Shown here in pieces: positions 10,418 to 19,310 of a DNA stretch of 34,834 bases (its first letter is position 1; each line of letters begins with the position of its first letter). The stretch covers positions 1-34,834 of IMG/VR virus record IMGVR_UViG_3300033067_001881; one strand, written 5' to 3'. Source of the DNA: a virus. Its lineage: Duplodnaviria > Caudoviricetes. Position numbers and translations under genes: made by a program. The notes under the pieces were generated by a model. That model saw only the letters and a program-made list of their open reading frames with translations. It did no database searches and was not told where the DNA came from.

Positions 10418-10446
10418 ATAAAAGAGGGTGTAAAAATACACCCTCT
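10418..10446 (-). terminator. Intrinsic terminator after the 217-aa repeat gene
   Basis: Perfect 10-bp stem AGAGGGTGTA-TTTT-TACACCCTCT (10423-10446) followed by a short T-rich tail. Confidence 0.72.
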
Positions 10447-10464
10447 AGTTTAATTTATTAAACT

Positions 10465-11118
10465 TTAATTACAAAGAGTAATTGATCCACCTGATCCTGC
10501 ATTGAATCCTGCTTCAATAGTCACTTTAAATATTCCACATTCTGTACAATCTGTACAAGTATTACTTGCTCCGGCAGGAGTATAACATATATTGTACCAA
10601 AACTCTTTACCTGAACCACAAGGGAGATCTAATACTCCTGTGGTATAATTTGTACATGCATCAGGATTATCAGGACTTCCTACATTTTTACTAAATGTAA
10701 CTGTTCCACCACCCGGTACATCTGTTCCACCTAGAGCATTATATTCTGTTAATAGGTTAACTGTTGAAGGTGTTTGAGTAGCACAAAAACTTTTTGTTTT
10801 AGTATCTAAAGGTGATACATTAGTGACGTTTAAAGTTACTACTGTAGAACCTCCACAAGTACCTGCTGTTTTATATGTAAACAAATAAGTACCTGCTGAT
10901 GTACCATTTAACTCTACCCATAGATTTGTAGTACAACCACCACCTGTAATCAAAGGTTGAGAGTCATTACCTGCAAGTCCTGTTAGAGTTGTAAAGGTAA
11001 CATTATCACAACTGAAATCAGCAGTAATAGTAGTAGCACCATTGTTAGTACCATAGTACCATTTTCCACCTGTATCTCCCCCTGTTATGAGGGTAAATAA
11101 ATTTACTTTACATCCCAT
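10465..11118 (-). CDS. Two-domain Cys-rich Ig-like repeat protein (putative fibre shaft subunit)
   Basis: 217 aa; two copies of 'VNL(F/L)T....GG....(F/W)(T/Y)..C', ending in NAGSGGSITLCN; resembles repeats of Bacteroidota gliding-motility/T9SS-cargo adhesins. Confidence 0.62.
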   Translation of the reverse strand: MGCKVNLFTLITGGDTGGKWYYGTNNGATTITADFSCDNVTFTTLTGLAGNDSQPLITGGGCTTNLWVELNGTSAGTYLFTYKTAGTCGGSTVVTLNVTNVSPLDTKTKSFCATQTPSTVNLLTEYNALGGTDVPGGGTVTFSKNVGSPDNPDACTNYTTGVLDLPCGSGKEFWYNICYTPAGASNTCTDCTECGIFKVTIEAGFNAGSGGSITLCN

Positions 11119-11138
11119 TGTTTTTTATTTTTAATTTT

Positions 11139-13616
11139 TTAAAATAATAAGTATTGACCCATTTCAACTTTTGCTTGTTTACCTTGATTTATTGTTCCAT
11201 TATCATATTCTATAACAATGTATTCTAAATCTTTATCTGATTCTTTTAAAAATACAGAAGATAAATATGAAGAGTTATTTCCAACTATACCATAGGTTGC
11301 ATTTAAACTTGTATAAGGTCTATAAATACACATCCAAGTAGGATGCAAACTTGCAAGTTCTAAAGCAAAATCACCTTCACTTGATAAAATTATTCCAATA
11401 GGATATTGAATTGCTTCTCCTACTATTTTATATTCTATCAGTTTTTGTGGTGGTTTACAATATGGATTACTTCCTATTTCAGAGAACCAAGTTCTTAAAT
11501 CTTCTCCTGGATGCAATCCTGAACATGCAGTACAAATACTATCTGTACCTGCATTTAACCAAGTCCAATTACATTTAACTGAACCATCAGCAATAGAGGT
11601 ATGGTTTGTATCTTCAAATGCCCATATTTTTACTTTAGGAACATTGTATGTATTGGTTACAGATTCAAGTGTAGTAGCAATGTTCTTAGCTTTTACAGTT
11701 ATTTCAACTTCAAAACTATCATCAGTATCTACTGTACCATCTATATTATAAGTAACAATATTACCTGTTGCAATTGCCCAAGCTTGTTTATTAAACTTCA
11801 ATATCTTTCCTGATAAAGAAGCCAATGATGTTTTATCAAAAACACCTGCTTGCCAATATTGTGAAAATGTAGCACCTGTTAACCAATCATTATCAGTTCC
11901 TACTTTTATGCCACCTACTGTTTTCCAATCTTGTCCAACAAGAACTGTACATGATGCAATGATTGTAGAATCAACTTCAAACTGAATAAGGTATTCATCA
12001 CCATCATCAAGTTCATCCATATTATTCATGAACCCTTTAAAGGATACATCAAATTCACCATTGTTATACAAGTTGCTAACAAATACTTCTGCTGTTATAG
12101 ACATTTCATCATCACAAAACGCAACTTCTCCACCTATACCTGCATAGAAAGCATTGTTTACGGTAATCGTTACAGTAGCAGTAGAAAATAATCCATCACT
12201 ATTTGCAACTTTATAACTGAATGAATCTACCCCTACAAAATTTACATTAGGTGTATAGTAGATTTTACCATTAAGTACAAAAGCAGAACCATTAGAAGGA
12301 TTAGTATTTATCATCAATGTAGCAGGAACAAGATTTGGACCTACATCATTTGCAAGTACATCCATTTCATAATCAAGTTCATCATTACACATTTCATAAA
12401 CATCATCAGTAAGATCTGCTGTTGGGTAACAAGTAAGATCAATTATTACTGTAACTGTTCCTGAATGCTTTCCAAATGAATCACTTACACTCCAATTAAT
12501 ATAATCTACTTGTTGTGTACCACCATTTCTATTATATGTAAGAATATGAGTATAAGGATCAAATACAGCAGTAGCAGGCGCAATTGGACCAGATTCAATA
12601 TTAAAAGTTGACCAATCAACTTCATTAGAATCACAACACTTTGGGGAGATAATGAAATCATCTAAATCAAATTTAATAGGGTCTTGATTACAATATTTAG
12701 CACGAGGATTACATTCTTTTTTTACAATGAATTCACAAGCTTCTGTTTCAAAACATTGTACTTCATGAATAATAAGTTTTGCAATATTAGAAGAAGTACC
12801 ATCAGAATCAATTGCAAAGAATGGGATTATTACAACACCACTTTTAAACAATGACCTTTTTAGATAAAGAAGATTATACTTTTTATCTGTACCTTCTTGT
12901 ACAACAATATCATTATCAGGAAGCATAAATTGAAGCTTCACTATACTTGCATTGTCACAAATTCTAACTATATCTTTTACACTAAATATATCAGAGAATA
13001 AAAGATCTTCACCTTCACCATCTTTAGGATGACAAAAAGATTGTATTTCTACATCACCAAGTTGAGGTCTGCAAAGACCAAAGTTTTGTCGTATTCTTGT
13101 ACTACAACCATTTGTATCTCTTACTACTACAGTAACTTCCATTGTGAAAGTTGCACCATAAACATTTGGTTTAGGTATAAACTTTATAAAATTATTACTT
13201 TGAGGAGAAGAATCATAAGGCTCAAAGAAAAGAGAAGGTCTCATTGACCATTCATAAGTATAAGATCCTGATCCCCCCATTGGTTGAATAGAAAATAAAT
13301 ATGGACTTTCTGAACTTTGTACTATTGGAGAAGTAGAAAAATCTACACAAGGGTCAAGATCAGAAAGTAATATAGTTCTAACACAACCTTCTTTATCTGT
13401 AATTACCAATTCTACATTACAGTTAGTTGCACATGCAGGATCAATATCTTTATCAATATTTACGCTGATATCAATAAGTGCAAAATTATCATTTTCATAC
13501 TTAGTAGCTAATCCTGTAGTTTCAAGAAAAGTTACACAAGGGCAATTATTTACATTTGCCAATGACCAAATATAAGGTCCTTCACCACCATAAACTTTTA
13601 CTGTTAAGTTTTTCAT
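11139..13616 (-). CDS. Multi-Ig-domain virion protein (SprB-like and Big_9/cadherin-like repeats)
   Basis: 825 aa; 'GGEGPYIWS', 'GGSGSYTYEW...VRDTNGC' SprB-like units and 'DVLANDVG...PSNGSA...IYYTPNVNFVGVDSFSYKV' Big_9-like unit. Confidence 0.72.
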   Translation of the reverse strand: MKNLTVKVYGGEGPYIWSLANVNNCPCVTFLETTGLATKYENDNFALIDISVNIDKDIDPACATNCNVELVITDKEGCVRTILLSDLDPCVDFSTSPIVQSSESPYLFSIQPMGGSGSYTYEWSMRPSLFFEPYDSSPQSNNFIKFIPKPNVYGATFTMEVTVVVRDTNGCSTRIRQNFGLCRPQLGDVEIQSFCHPKDGEGEDLLFSDIFSVKDIVRICDNASIVKLQFMLPDNDIVVQEGTDKKYNLLYLKRSLFKSGVVIIPFFAIDSDGTSSNIAKLIIHEVQCFETEACEFIVKKECNPRAKYCNQDPIKFDLDDFIISPKCCDSNEVDWSTFNIESGPIAPATAVFDPYTHILTYNRNGGTQQVDYINWSVSDSFGKHSGTVTVIIDLTCYPTADLTDDVYEMCNDELDYEMDVLANDVGPNLVPATLMINTNPSNGSAFVLNGKIYYTPNVNFVGVDSFSYKVANSDGLFSTATVTITVNNAFYAGIGGEVAFCDDEMSITAEVFVSNLYNNGEFDVSFKGFMNNMDELDDGDEYLIQFEVDSTIIASCTVLVGQDWKTVGGIKVGTDNDWLTGATFSQYWQAGVFDKTSLASLSGKILKFNKQAWAIATGNIVTYNIDGTVDTDDSFEVEITVKAKNIATTLESVTNTYNVPKVKIWAFEDTNHTSIADGSVKCNWTWLNAGTDSICTACSGLHPGEDLRTWFSEIGSNPYCKPPQKLIEYKIVGEAIQYPIGIILSSEGDFALELASLHPTWMCIYRPYTSLNATYGIVGNNSSYLSSVFLKESDKDLEYIVIEYDNGTINQGKQAKVEMGQYLLF

Positions 13617-13619
13617 ATT

Positions 13620-13889
13620 TTAGGTTAATTGAACAGCCATAAATTTAATACAATCTTTTGGTTTTAAATCCTGATCTAAAATAAGATTTGAGCAGTTTAC
13701 AATTTCTGTAGAATTATAAGCATCCAAATCAAAATCTATACAACTTATAGGCTCACAATTTGCTGTTTGCATCCACAAGTTTTTTGCATACTGTACTTGT
13801 AGAGTTTTACTACAAGAAATACCGTACTCTTTTTGAGTAAGGTATTTAACTACTTGTTGAAGCAAAGCACATTTTAACATGTTGTACAA
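13620..13889 (-). CDS. Small virion protein, tail hub B-like
   Basis: 89 aa overlapping the preceding gene; 'YLTQKEYG' helix; size and position match the crAss-like tail hub pair (synteny inference). Confidence 0.45.
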   Translation of the reverse strand: MYNMLKCALLQQVVKYLTQKEYGISCSKTLQVQYAKNLWMQTANCEPISCIDFDLDAYNSTEIVNCSNLILDQDLKPKDCIKFMAVQLT

Positions 13890-14770
13890 TTTTTAGAAGG
13901 TGTTTCACCAAGAATTGTTAATATTTTTTCATATATAATACACATATCTTCACACTTACATTCACAATTAATTGCATTTGTAAGAGCAAAATGAAGAAGA
14001 TGAATATCACTTTCTTCTGTTTTATCTAAAGTTGCTAAATAACTAAACACTTTACATTTAGTTATACAATCTCTAAATATACATTTTGTCATTTTAATCT
14101 TTGTACCGGTAGCAAAATTTATAGTAATATCAAATTGATAAATACCATCAGTAAGTTCAGCCATATTATAAAACAAAGGTTTTATAATTATAGTGTCATT
14201 TACAATTTCAATTTTATCAATATCCATTTTTTCTACACACCCAAAGAAAGTAGTATATTTTGGACTTTCAAAAAGATTTTGATCAGATAAATAACTTACA
14301 CTTATTGGCGTGAAATTAGGTGATAAACTATTCATATTCACGGTAACATAAGAATAACCATCTATTGTTGAAAATACTACAGATACATTACCACCACCAT
14401 GAAGATTCATAAATCCTATAATAGCAGCATTATATTGAGCAACTTCAACAGGATTATCTAAATTATAAGTTATACCAAAAGGTATTGCTTCAGTTATAAC
14501 ACCGTTAACATTAAACTTTGTTGACCATATTCTATTTGCAGTATTAGTAGGATTGGTTAATTCAATAGTTGTTTGCTCTCTTCTAGTTGTAGCTTTCCAA
14601 GAACATACTGTACTATTGATTAACTTAGTACTATATACTGTTTCACAACAATTAATCTTACCATTTATATCAATGGAAGTAATTGATGTTTCATTTACAT
14701 ATTGTGAAAAATAATCTGATGTGAGAGTAAAGTTATTACTCTCACAATCAAATGAAATGTTGTTAATCAT
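13874..14770 (-). CDS. Virion protein, tail hub A-like
   Basis: 298 aa; 'LTDGIYQFDI' followed by a Cys-rich helical C-terminus ending 'NCTTC'; synteny inference. Confidence 0.5.
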   Translation of the reverse strand: MINNISFDCESNNFTLTSDYFSQYVNETSITSIDINGKINCCETVYSTKLINSTVCSWKATTRREQTTIELTNPTNTANRIWSTKFNVNGVITEAIPFGITYNLDNPVEVAQYNAAIIGFMNLHGGGNVSVVFSTIDGYSYVTVNMNSLSPNFTPISVSYLSDQNLFESPKYTTFFGCVEKMDIDKIEIVNDTIIIKPLFYNMAELTDGIYQFDITINFATGTKIKMTKCIFRDCITKCKVFSYLATLDKTEESDIHLLHFALTNAINCECKCEDMCIIYEKILTILGETPSKNCTTC

Positions 14771-15018
14771 TACTCTTCTTTTTTAGAGTTTTCAATAGTT
14801 TGTGTTGTTCTAACTCCCATTACAATAGAAGAAAGGTAAATAAGTGTTTCTACAATTTTTGCAAGGGTAGGAGAATCTTTCATTAATCCTGTTTCAATTG
14901 CTGTATTTATTCCCGGAATAGAAATAGCAATTACAACTGCTACAACACCAAAAATAACAGGGTTTGATATTTTAAGTTTATCAAAAAACTTTGCTAAAAG
15001 CAGTTTAATTATTTCCAT
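14770..15018 (-). CDS. Small two-TM membrane protein, holin-like
   Basis: Hydrophobic 'VIFGVVAVVIAISIPGI' and 'LIYLSSIVMGV'; charged C-terminus. Confidence 0.6.
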   Translation of the reverse strand: MEIIKLLLAKFFDKLKISNPVIFGVVAVVIAISIPGINTAIETGLMKDSPTLAKIVETLIYLSSIVMGVRTTQTIENSKKEE

Positions 15019-15259
15019 TTTTTTTGGATTTAGTTGAGTTAATTTTTTCGTTTATTTCTTTTATAAAGAACTTACAACCTGTAAAAATTGCAACCATTGA
15101 AGTTATTATAATACCAAAATTTTTAGCAACTTCTGCAAAACCTTCAAGGTCTACAAGTGACATTGCAAAACACATTCCCCCTGAAAACATACTTGTTAAA
15201 CCTAATTTTTCTGCTGAAATATGATCTACATATTTTTCAAAATTTTCTAATATATTCAT
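15005..15259 (-). CDS. Small membrane protein, holin-like
   Basis: Two hydrophobic stretches ('LGLTSMFSGGMCFAMSLV', 'FGIIITSMVAIFTGC') and basic tail; overlaps the next membrane gene. Confidence 0.55.
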   Translation of the reverse strand: MNILENFEKYVDHISAEKLGLTSMFSGGMCFAMSLVDLEGFAEVAKNFGIIITSMVAIFTGCKFFIKEINEKINSTKSKKNGNN

Positions 15260-15271
15260 ATTTTAATTTAT

Positions 15272-16651
15272 TTAATCATTAACATTTACTACCTGAAGTG
15301 TATCTGAGTTGTTGTAATAGCTTAACCTGATTGTGTCATCAGCTCTTTTAAATATTGTTTTGGTGTAATCTCCAAATATAATAATAGCTGCACTTATATT
15401 GGAAGATACCTGACAATTTATTATAGAATTTTTTCTTATATTTTTATTGCTTAATGTTCCTGATGTTGCTAACTCTAATACACTTTGTTTCAAGTTATTA
15501 TTAGTAATAGTAGAGTTACTTCCAGTAAAATTTTGAATTGAACTAATTTCTAAATCATTAAATGATATTTGTCCAGAAATAGTCGAAAAAATTATATTAC
15601 TTTGCCTTAAAAAATTATTACAAAGTTGCGAATTTTCAGATAAGATATTACCTCCAATTATCGAATAGTCAAATAATTTATTGTTTATAAAAAAACTGTT
15701 AAAGCTTGTTATATTATTTTTTATTACTGAATTATTATATAAATAATTTCCTGAATTTTCTACTGTTTTAAAATTAACACAATTAAAATAAGAATATACT
15801 ACTGTATTATTCGATGATCCTAAATTACTTTCTCCCAATGGTACTGCAACATAATTCCCATATTGCATTGCAGCAATTGGGTGTATATTACCTTCTGACC
15901 AATTTGCATTATTATTACCTCTCAACTTATAATCAACGTCAATGTTAGCAATTTCATCTCTTCTTCTGGTTATAAAATCATTATCATAGTCATACTCAAT
16001 GTAATCAATAACTTTTTTATAAGCAGAAGTATCAGAGTAAGGTAACTTAACCCAATTAGCTTCCAATTCAAAATCATTTAAAGATCCTGAGCCTTCTCCA
16101 ATACCATGATATTCCCACATATACCCACCCCAAATAGTCCTATCATCATCTTCATAAGTAACAGACTGATCATAAATTCCCCACAATCCTGTTTTATCTG
16201 TATTGTTATAATTACTTACAGGTTGGTACTTTGGATTATAGAATTCACCATAACCGGAGTTTGTAAAAGTGCTTGATGTTAATGCGGTTAAGTAGATGGT
16301 AATGCCTAAATCATTACCATCATCATATAGTTTTTCAATATAAAAGCCAGGTTTATTTTTGTGTACACCTGTTATTTTATAAACTTTACCGGGTTGTAAA
16401 AAAGCATTATTAACTAATGCTTGAAATTGCGTTAATGTTAATGTAATTACATTTTCAGGAATTACTAAAGGTTGCCAACTTACTGATGTTCCATCTGTAA
16501 ATAAAAATGTATCATCATTACCTGATTGATCAGGTAATGCATTAGAAGAAACTGTTACTTCTAAATCATTTACTTTATTAAATAAAGATGAAATCTTTTT
16601 TAAAAGAATCTCATATATATTTTGTGTTTTAGGAAACCAATTTTTTGACAT
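15272..16651 (-). CDS. Fibre/spike protein with C-terminal beta-helix
   Basis: N-terminal coiled coil, 'LPDQSGN...FLFTDGTSVSW' fibre linker, 'LQPGKVYKIT' motif, then Asn/Ser/Ile-rich ~11-residue repeats. Confidence 0.65.
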   Translation of the reverse strand: MSKNWFPKTQNIYEILLKKISSLFNKVNDLEVTVSSNALPDQSGNDDTFLFTDGTSVSWQPLVIPENVITLTLTQFQALVNNAFLQPGKVYKITGVHKNKPGFYIEKLYDDGNDLGITIYLTALTSSTFTNSGYGEFYNPKYQPVSNYNNTDKTGLWGIYDQSVTYEDDDRTIWGGYMWEYHGIGEGSGSLNDFELEANWVKLPYSDTSAYKKVIDYIEYDYDNDFITRRRDEIANIDVDYKLRGNNNANWSEGNIHPIAAMQYGNYVAVPLGESNLGSSNNTVVYSYFNCVNFKTVENSGNYLYNNSVIKNNITSFNSFFINNKLFDYSIIGGNILSENSQLCNNFLRQSNIIFSTISGQISFNDLEISSIQNFTGSNSTITNNNLKQSVLELATSGTLSNKNIRKNSIINCQVSSNISAAIIIFGDYTKTIFKRADDTIRLSYYNNSDTLQVVNVND

Positions 16652-16667
16652 TATAATTTATTTTATA

Positions 16668-16711
16668 TTTTATAATTAATGTACAGGTATTAATAAAAAT
16701 ACCTGTACATT
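16668..16711 (-). terminator. Hairpin, probable terminator
   Basis: 14-bp inverted repeat AATGTACAGGTATT-N6-AATACCTGTACATT (16678-16711) in the intergenic gap; T-tail weak. Confidence 0.55.
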
Positions 16712-16720
16712 TAAAAACAA

Positions 16721-16966
16721 TTAAACTTCTACTTCGGTTGCATCTTCTACTTTTAGTTTCAGTTTATAATCTTCAGTAAGTTCAATAGCATTTTCAATTT
16801 TATTTTTTTGAAGATACTCTGTAATAACTGCATTTTTATACAAAGATAATCCTGTAACCAATCTTTGCAAACTTTCAATTTGTTTTAAAACTTGTGAAGC
16901 TTCTAAATCAGTAACTTTTAAATTTTCTACCAATGTACTTGGTAATTCTAAATACTTGTTTTCCAT
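16721..16966 (-). CDS. Small helical protein, possible tail fibre chaperone
   Basis: 81 aa, coiled-coil-like, directly downstream of the tail fibre gene. Confidence 0.45.
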   Translation of the reverse strand: MENKYLELPSTLVENLKVTDLEASQVLKQIESLQRLVTGLSLYKNAVITEYLQKNKIENAIELTEDYKLKLKVEDATEVEV

Positions 16967-17007
16967 TTTTTTGATATGTTTATTTGTTAAAAAATATAAA
17001 ATAATTA

Positions 17008-19260
17008 TTAATATAAATTATTCCATGTGGCACCATCCCAACATTGAAGTTTTTTAGATACTGTTTCAAATATTACCATACCTTGATCTGTACTAGCCCA
17101 TGCTACAGCGTCTCTTTCAGTAGCTGTCATTCGAGGAGGCATAAATCCTCTAGTGGTTGTATTAAGACTTAATATTGCTCTAGGATTAGTCGCAGTAGCA
17201 AATCCTATTTGTACATTTGAGCCTGTTTCTGCGGTAGTATTTCCTGTTAGAGAAGTAGTAGTGTTATTAACTCTAGATCCGATTATTATATCATAATTTT
17301 GAGCTTTTGTAGTTCCTTCAGACCATCCATCTATATAAGATAATCCACTAGTAGTGCCTAATAGTCTTAATCCTTCTGAGTTAGTAGCAAAGCCACAAAT
17401 ATTTACTAACCCATATGATCCACCTTGAGTTAATTCTAAAAGAGTTCCACCATCAATAGAGCGGTTTAGTTTTATACCATTAGCTTGATCATTTATTCCT
17501 CCAAGGACAAGTGCTTTTGCGCTTAATGTTGCAAATCCGCTATCATCTGCTAATCTTACGTCTAAGCCTGTTCCGTTTCTTTTTAATGCTGGGAATGAAG
17601 ATGTAGTACCTCCGAATGAAGTTAAGTCTGTTGATAATATAGTTTTTCCACTCGTAAACTCTAAGGCTATGTGATTAACTCCTGTAGTAGATGTTAAAAT
17701 TGGATCATAATAAATTCCACGTACTATACCACTGTATGATCCTGATGTATTAATTTGTTGTCTAATTAATAATGAGTTAAAAGTTGCAGTACCTGTAGCT
17801 GGCCTAAAGTCTATGTATTGATTTGCAACAGCATTACCTATAGCTACCATATTGTATACTCCAGAAGTCATAGTAAGACCACCTGCTCCAGTAAGAGCTG
17901 TAGAAGACAATACAATAGCATCACCAGCTGTACTATTTATATTTCCTAATAACCTTATAAAACTTGAAGCTGTCTGTTGCTGTATAGTATGTATAACATT
18001 TAAAAATAATATGTTACCACCTGGATGTACAGACAGTGTACCTAATCCTAGTCTAATTAAAGGATTATCTGCTGTATTAAATCCTATTGAAATTGAATTA
18101 CCTGTTGTTTTAGTAATTAAAATTCTATTGTTTTCATCGATACCATTAAGTGTTAGATTTCCACCAGTAATAGATGCTTTACTTGCACCATTAACTTGTA
18201 AATCCATCAGTCTTCCCACAAAACCTGTTTCAGCATTAACGCCTAATTTAGTCCCGCTCGTACTCCAACCCGTTGATGTCGTTCCCGTTGGTTCGATTAG
18301 TAACGTTGGTTTTGTTGTTGTGGAAGTACCGCCCGAGAAGCCTGTTCCGCTTAACCACATACTTGGCGTGGATGCAGTCGTTGCAATTGCGTTGTGGATT
18401 CCTGCAATTGGCGTTGACACATTTAGTCCAAGTAGTCCAGTGCTATTAATTGTAAGAAGGTCACTTCCGTAGTTGTGTGTAATATGGAATCCTGATTCTG
18501 CGCCATTAGTAGAAAAATTAATGTATGCGCCACCACCAGCAGATGGAAGCAAACTGCCGAATGTAGACTTTGATCCTAAAGATGTTGATCCAAAAGATGC
18601 TCCATTTGGCACACCCGAACTATAAGGGCCAGAGTTCGAGTGCATTGCCATTGAAACGGATTGAGACACGCAAGCTGCTTTAGTTATGCCGTTTGATGGC
18701 GTTACACGGAAATTTCCATCAGTGGTTTCTACGCTTAAAGTTAAATTCCCATTTATAGGTTGTGACACTGTTGTTAGTCCATCATTTCTAACAGTCATTA
18801 AAGTAGTTCCAGAACTATTCCTAACTCTCAAAGCATTGGTAGCGCTTGTAGCGCCTGAACCTTGTATATCTAAAGTATTGGTAGTTCCGATATTAGCTAT
18901 AAGTTGAGAGCTTCCTGCAAATGCTCCTGCATTATTGTATTGTATTTCTCCATTTGATCCACCCGGAGTAACAGAAGCATCTACTAAATCAGATAAGTCT
19001 ACATCAAAAGTAGTATTATCTGACATAGTCAAAGTAAGTACATTAGTTGTATTATTATAGGATGCTTGTGAAAGAAACTGTTCAAGTGGTAAATTTACAG
19101 TAGTTTCTACACCATTTTGATCTGTAAGAGTTAATTCTCCTGTAGTACCATTGTATGACATCATTACAGGAGAATCCATATATGTACCCATACAACAGAG
19201 TTTATCTTCTGTTTTTTGAATCCAATCACGAAGATTAAAATTATAAGGTAATGTACTCAT
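17008..19260 (-). CDS. Tail fibre / receptor-binding protein
   Basis: 750 aa Gly/Thr/Ser-rich; 'TPGGSNGEIQYNNAGAFAG' fibre motif; C-terminal 'RGFMPPRMTATERDA...GMVIFET..KKLQCWDGATW' module common in Bacteroidota and phage fibres. Confidence 0.8.
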   Translation of the reverse strand: MSTLPYNFNLRDWIQKTEDKLCCMGTYMDSPVMMSYNGTTGELTLTDQNGVETTVNLPLEQFLSQASYNNTTNVLTLTMSDNTTFDVDLSDLVDASVTPGGSNGEIQYNNAGAFAGSSQLIANIGTTNTLDIQGSGATSATNALRVRNSSGTTLMTVRNDGLTTVSQPINGNLTLSVETTDGNFRVTPSNGITKAACVSQSVSMAMHSNSGPYSSGVPNGASFGSTSLGSKSTFGSLLPSAGGGAYINFSTNGAESGFHITHNYGSDLLTINSTGLLGLNVSTPIAGIHNAIATTASTPSMWLSGTGFSGGTSTTTKPTLLIEPTGTTSTGWSTSGTKLGVNAETGFVGRLMDLQVNGASKASITGGNLTLNGIDENNRILITKTTGNSISIGFNTADNPLIRLGLGTLSVHPGGNILFLNVIHTIQQQTASSFIRLLGNINSTAGDAIVLSSTALTGAGGLTMTSGVYNMVAIGNAVANQYIDFRPATGTATFNSLLIRQQINTSGSYSGIVRGIYYDPILTSTTGVNHIALEFTSGKTILSTDLTSFGGTTSSFPALKRNGTGLDVRLADDSGFATLSAKALVLGGINDQANGIKLNRSIDGGTLLELTQGGSYGLVNICGFATNSEGLRLLGTTSGLSYIDGWSEGTTKAQNYDIIIGSRVNNTTTSLTGNTTAETGSNVQIGFATATNPRAILSLNTTTRGFMPPRMTATERDAVAWASTDQGMVIFETVSKKLQCWDGATWNNLY

Positions 19261-19310
19261 TATATAGTTTTAAGAGTAATAGAAAAAAGAAAAAAAGAAA
19301 AGTTTAAAAT

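Noticed and set aside
17852-18907. Plus-strand ORFs of 206 and 73 aa
   Set aside because: Antisense shadows of the Gly/Thr-rich tail fibre; no independent signals.
8928-19260. Diversity-generating retroelement or invertible cassette at fibre genes
   Set aside because: No reverse transcriptase or recombinase gene and no template/variable repeat pair noticed in the window.
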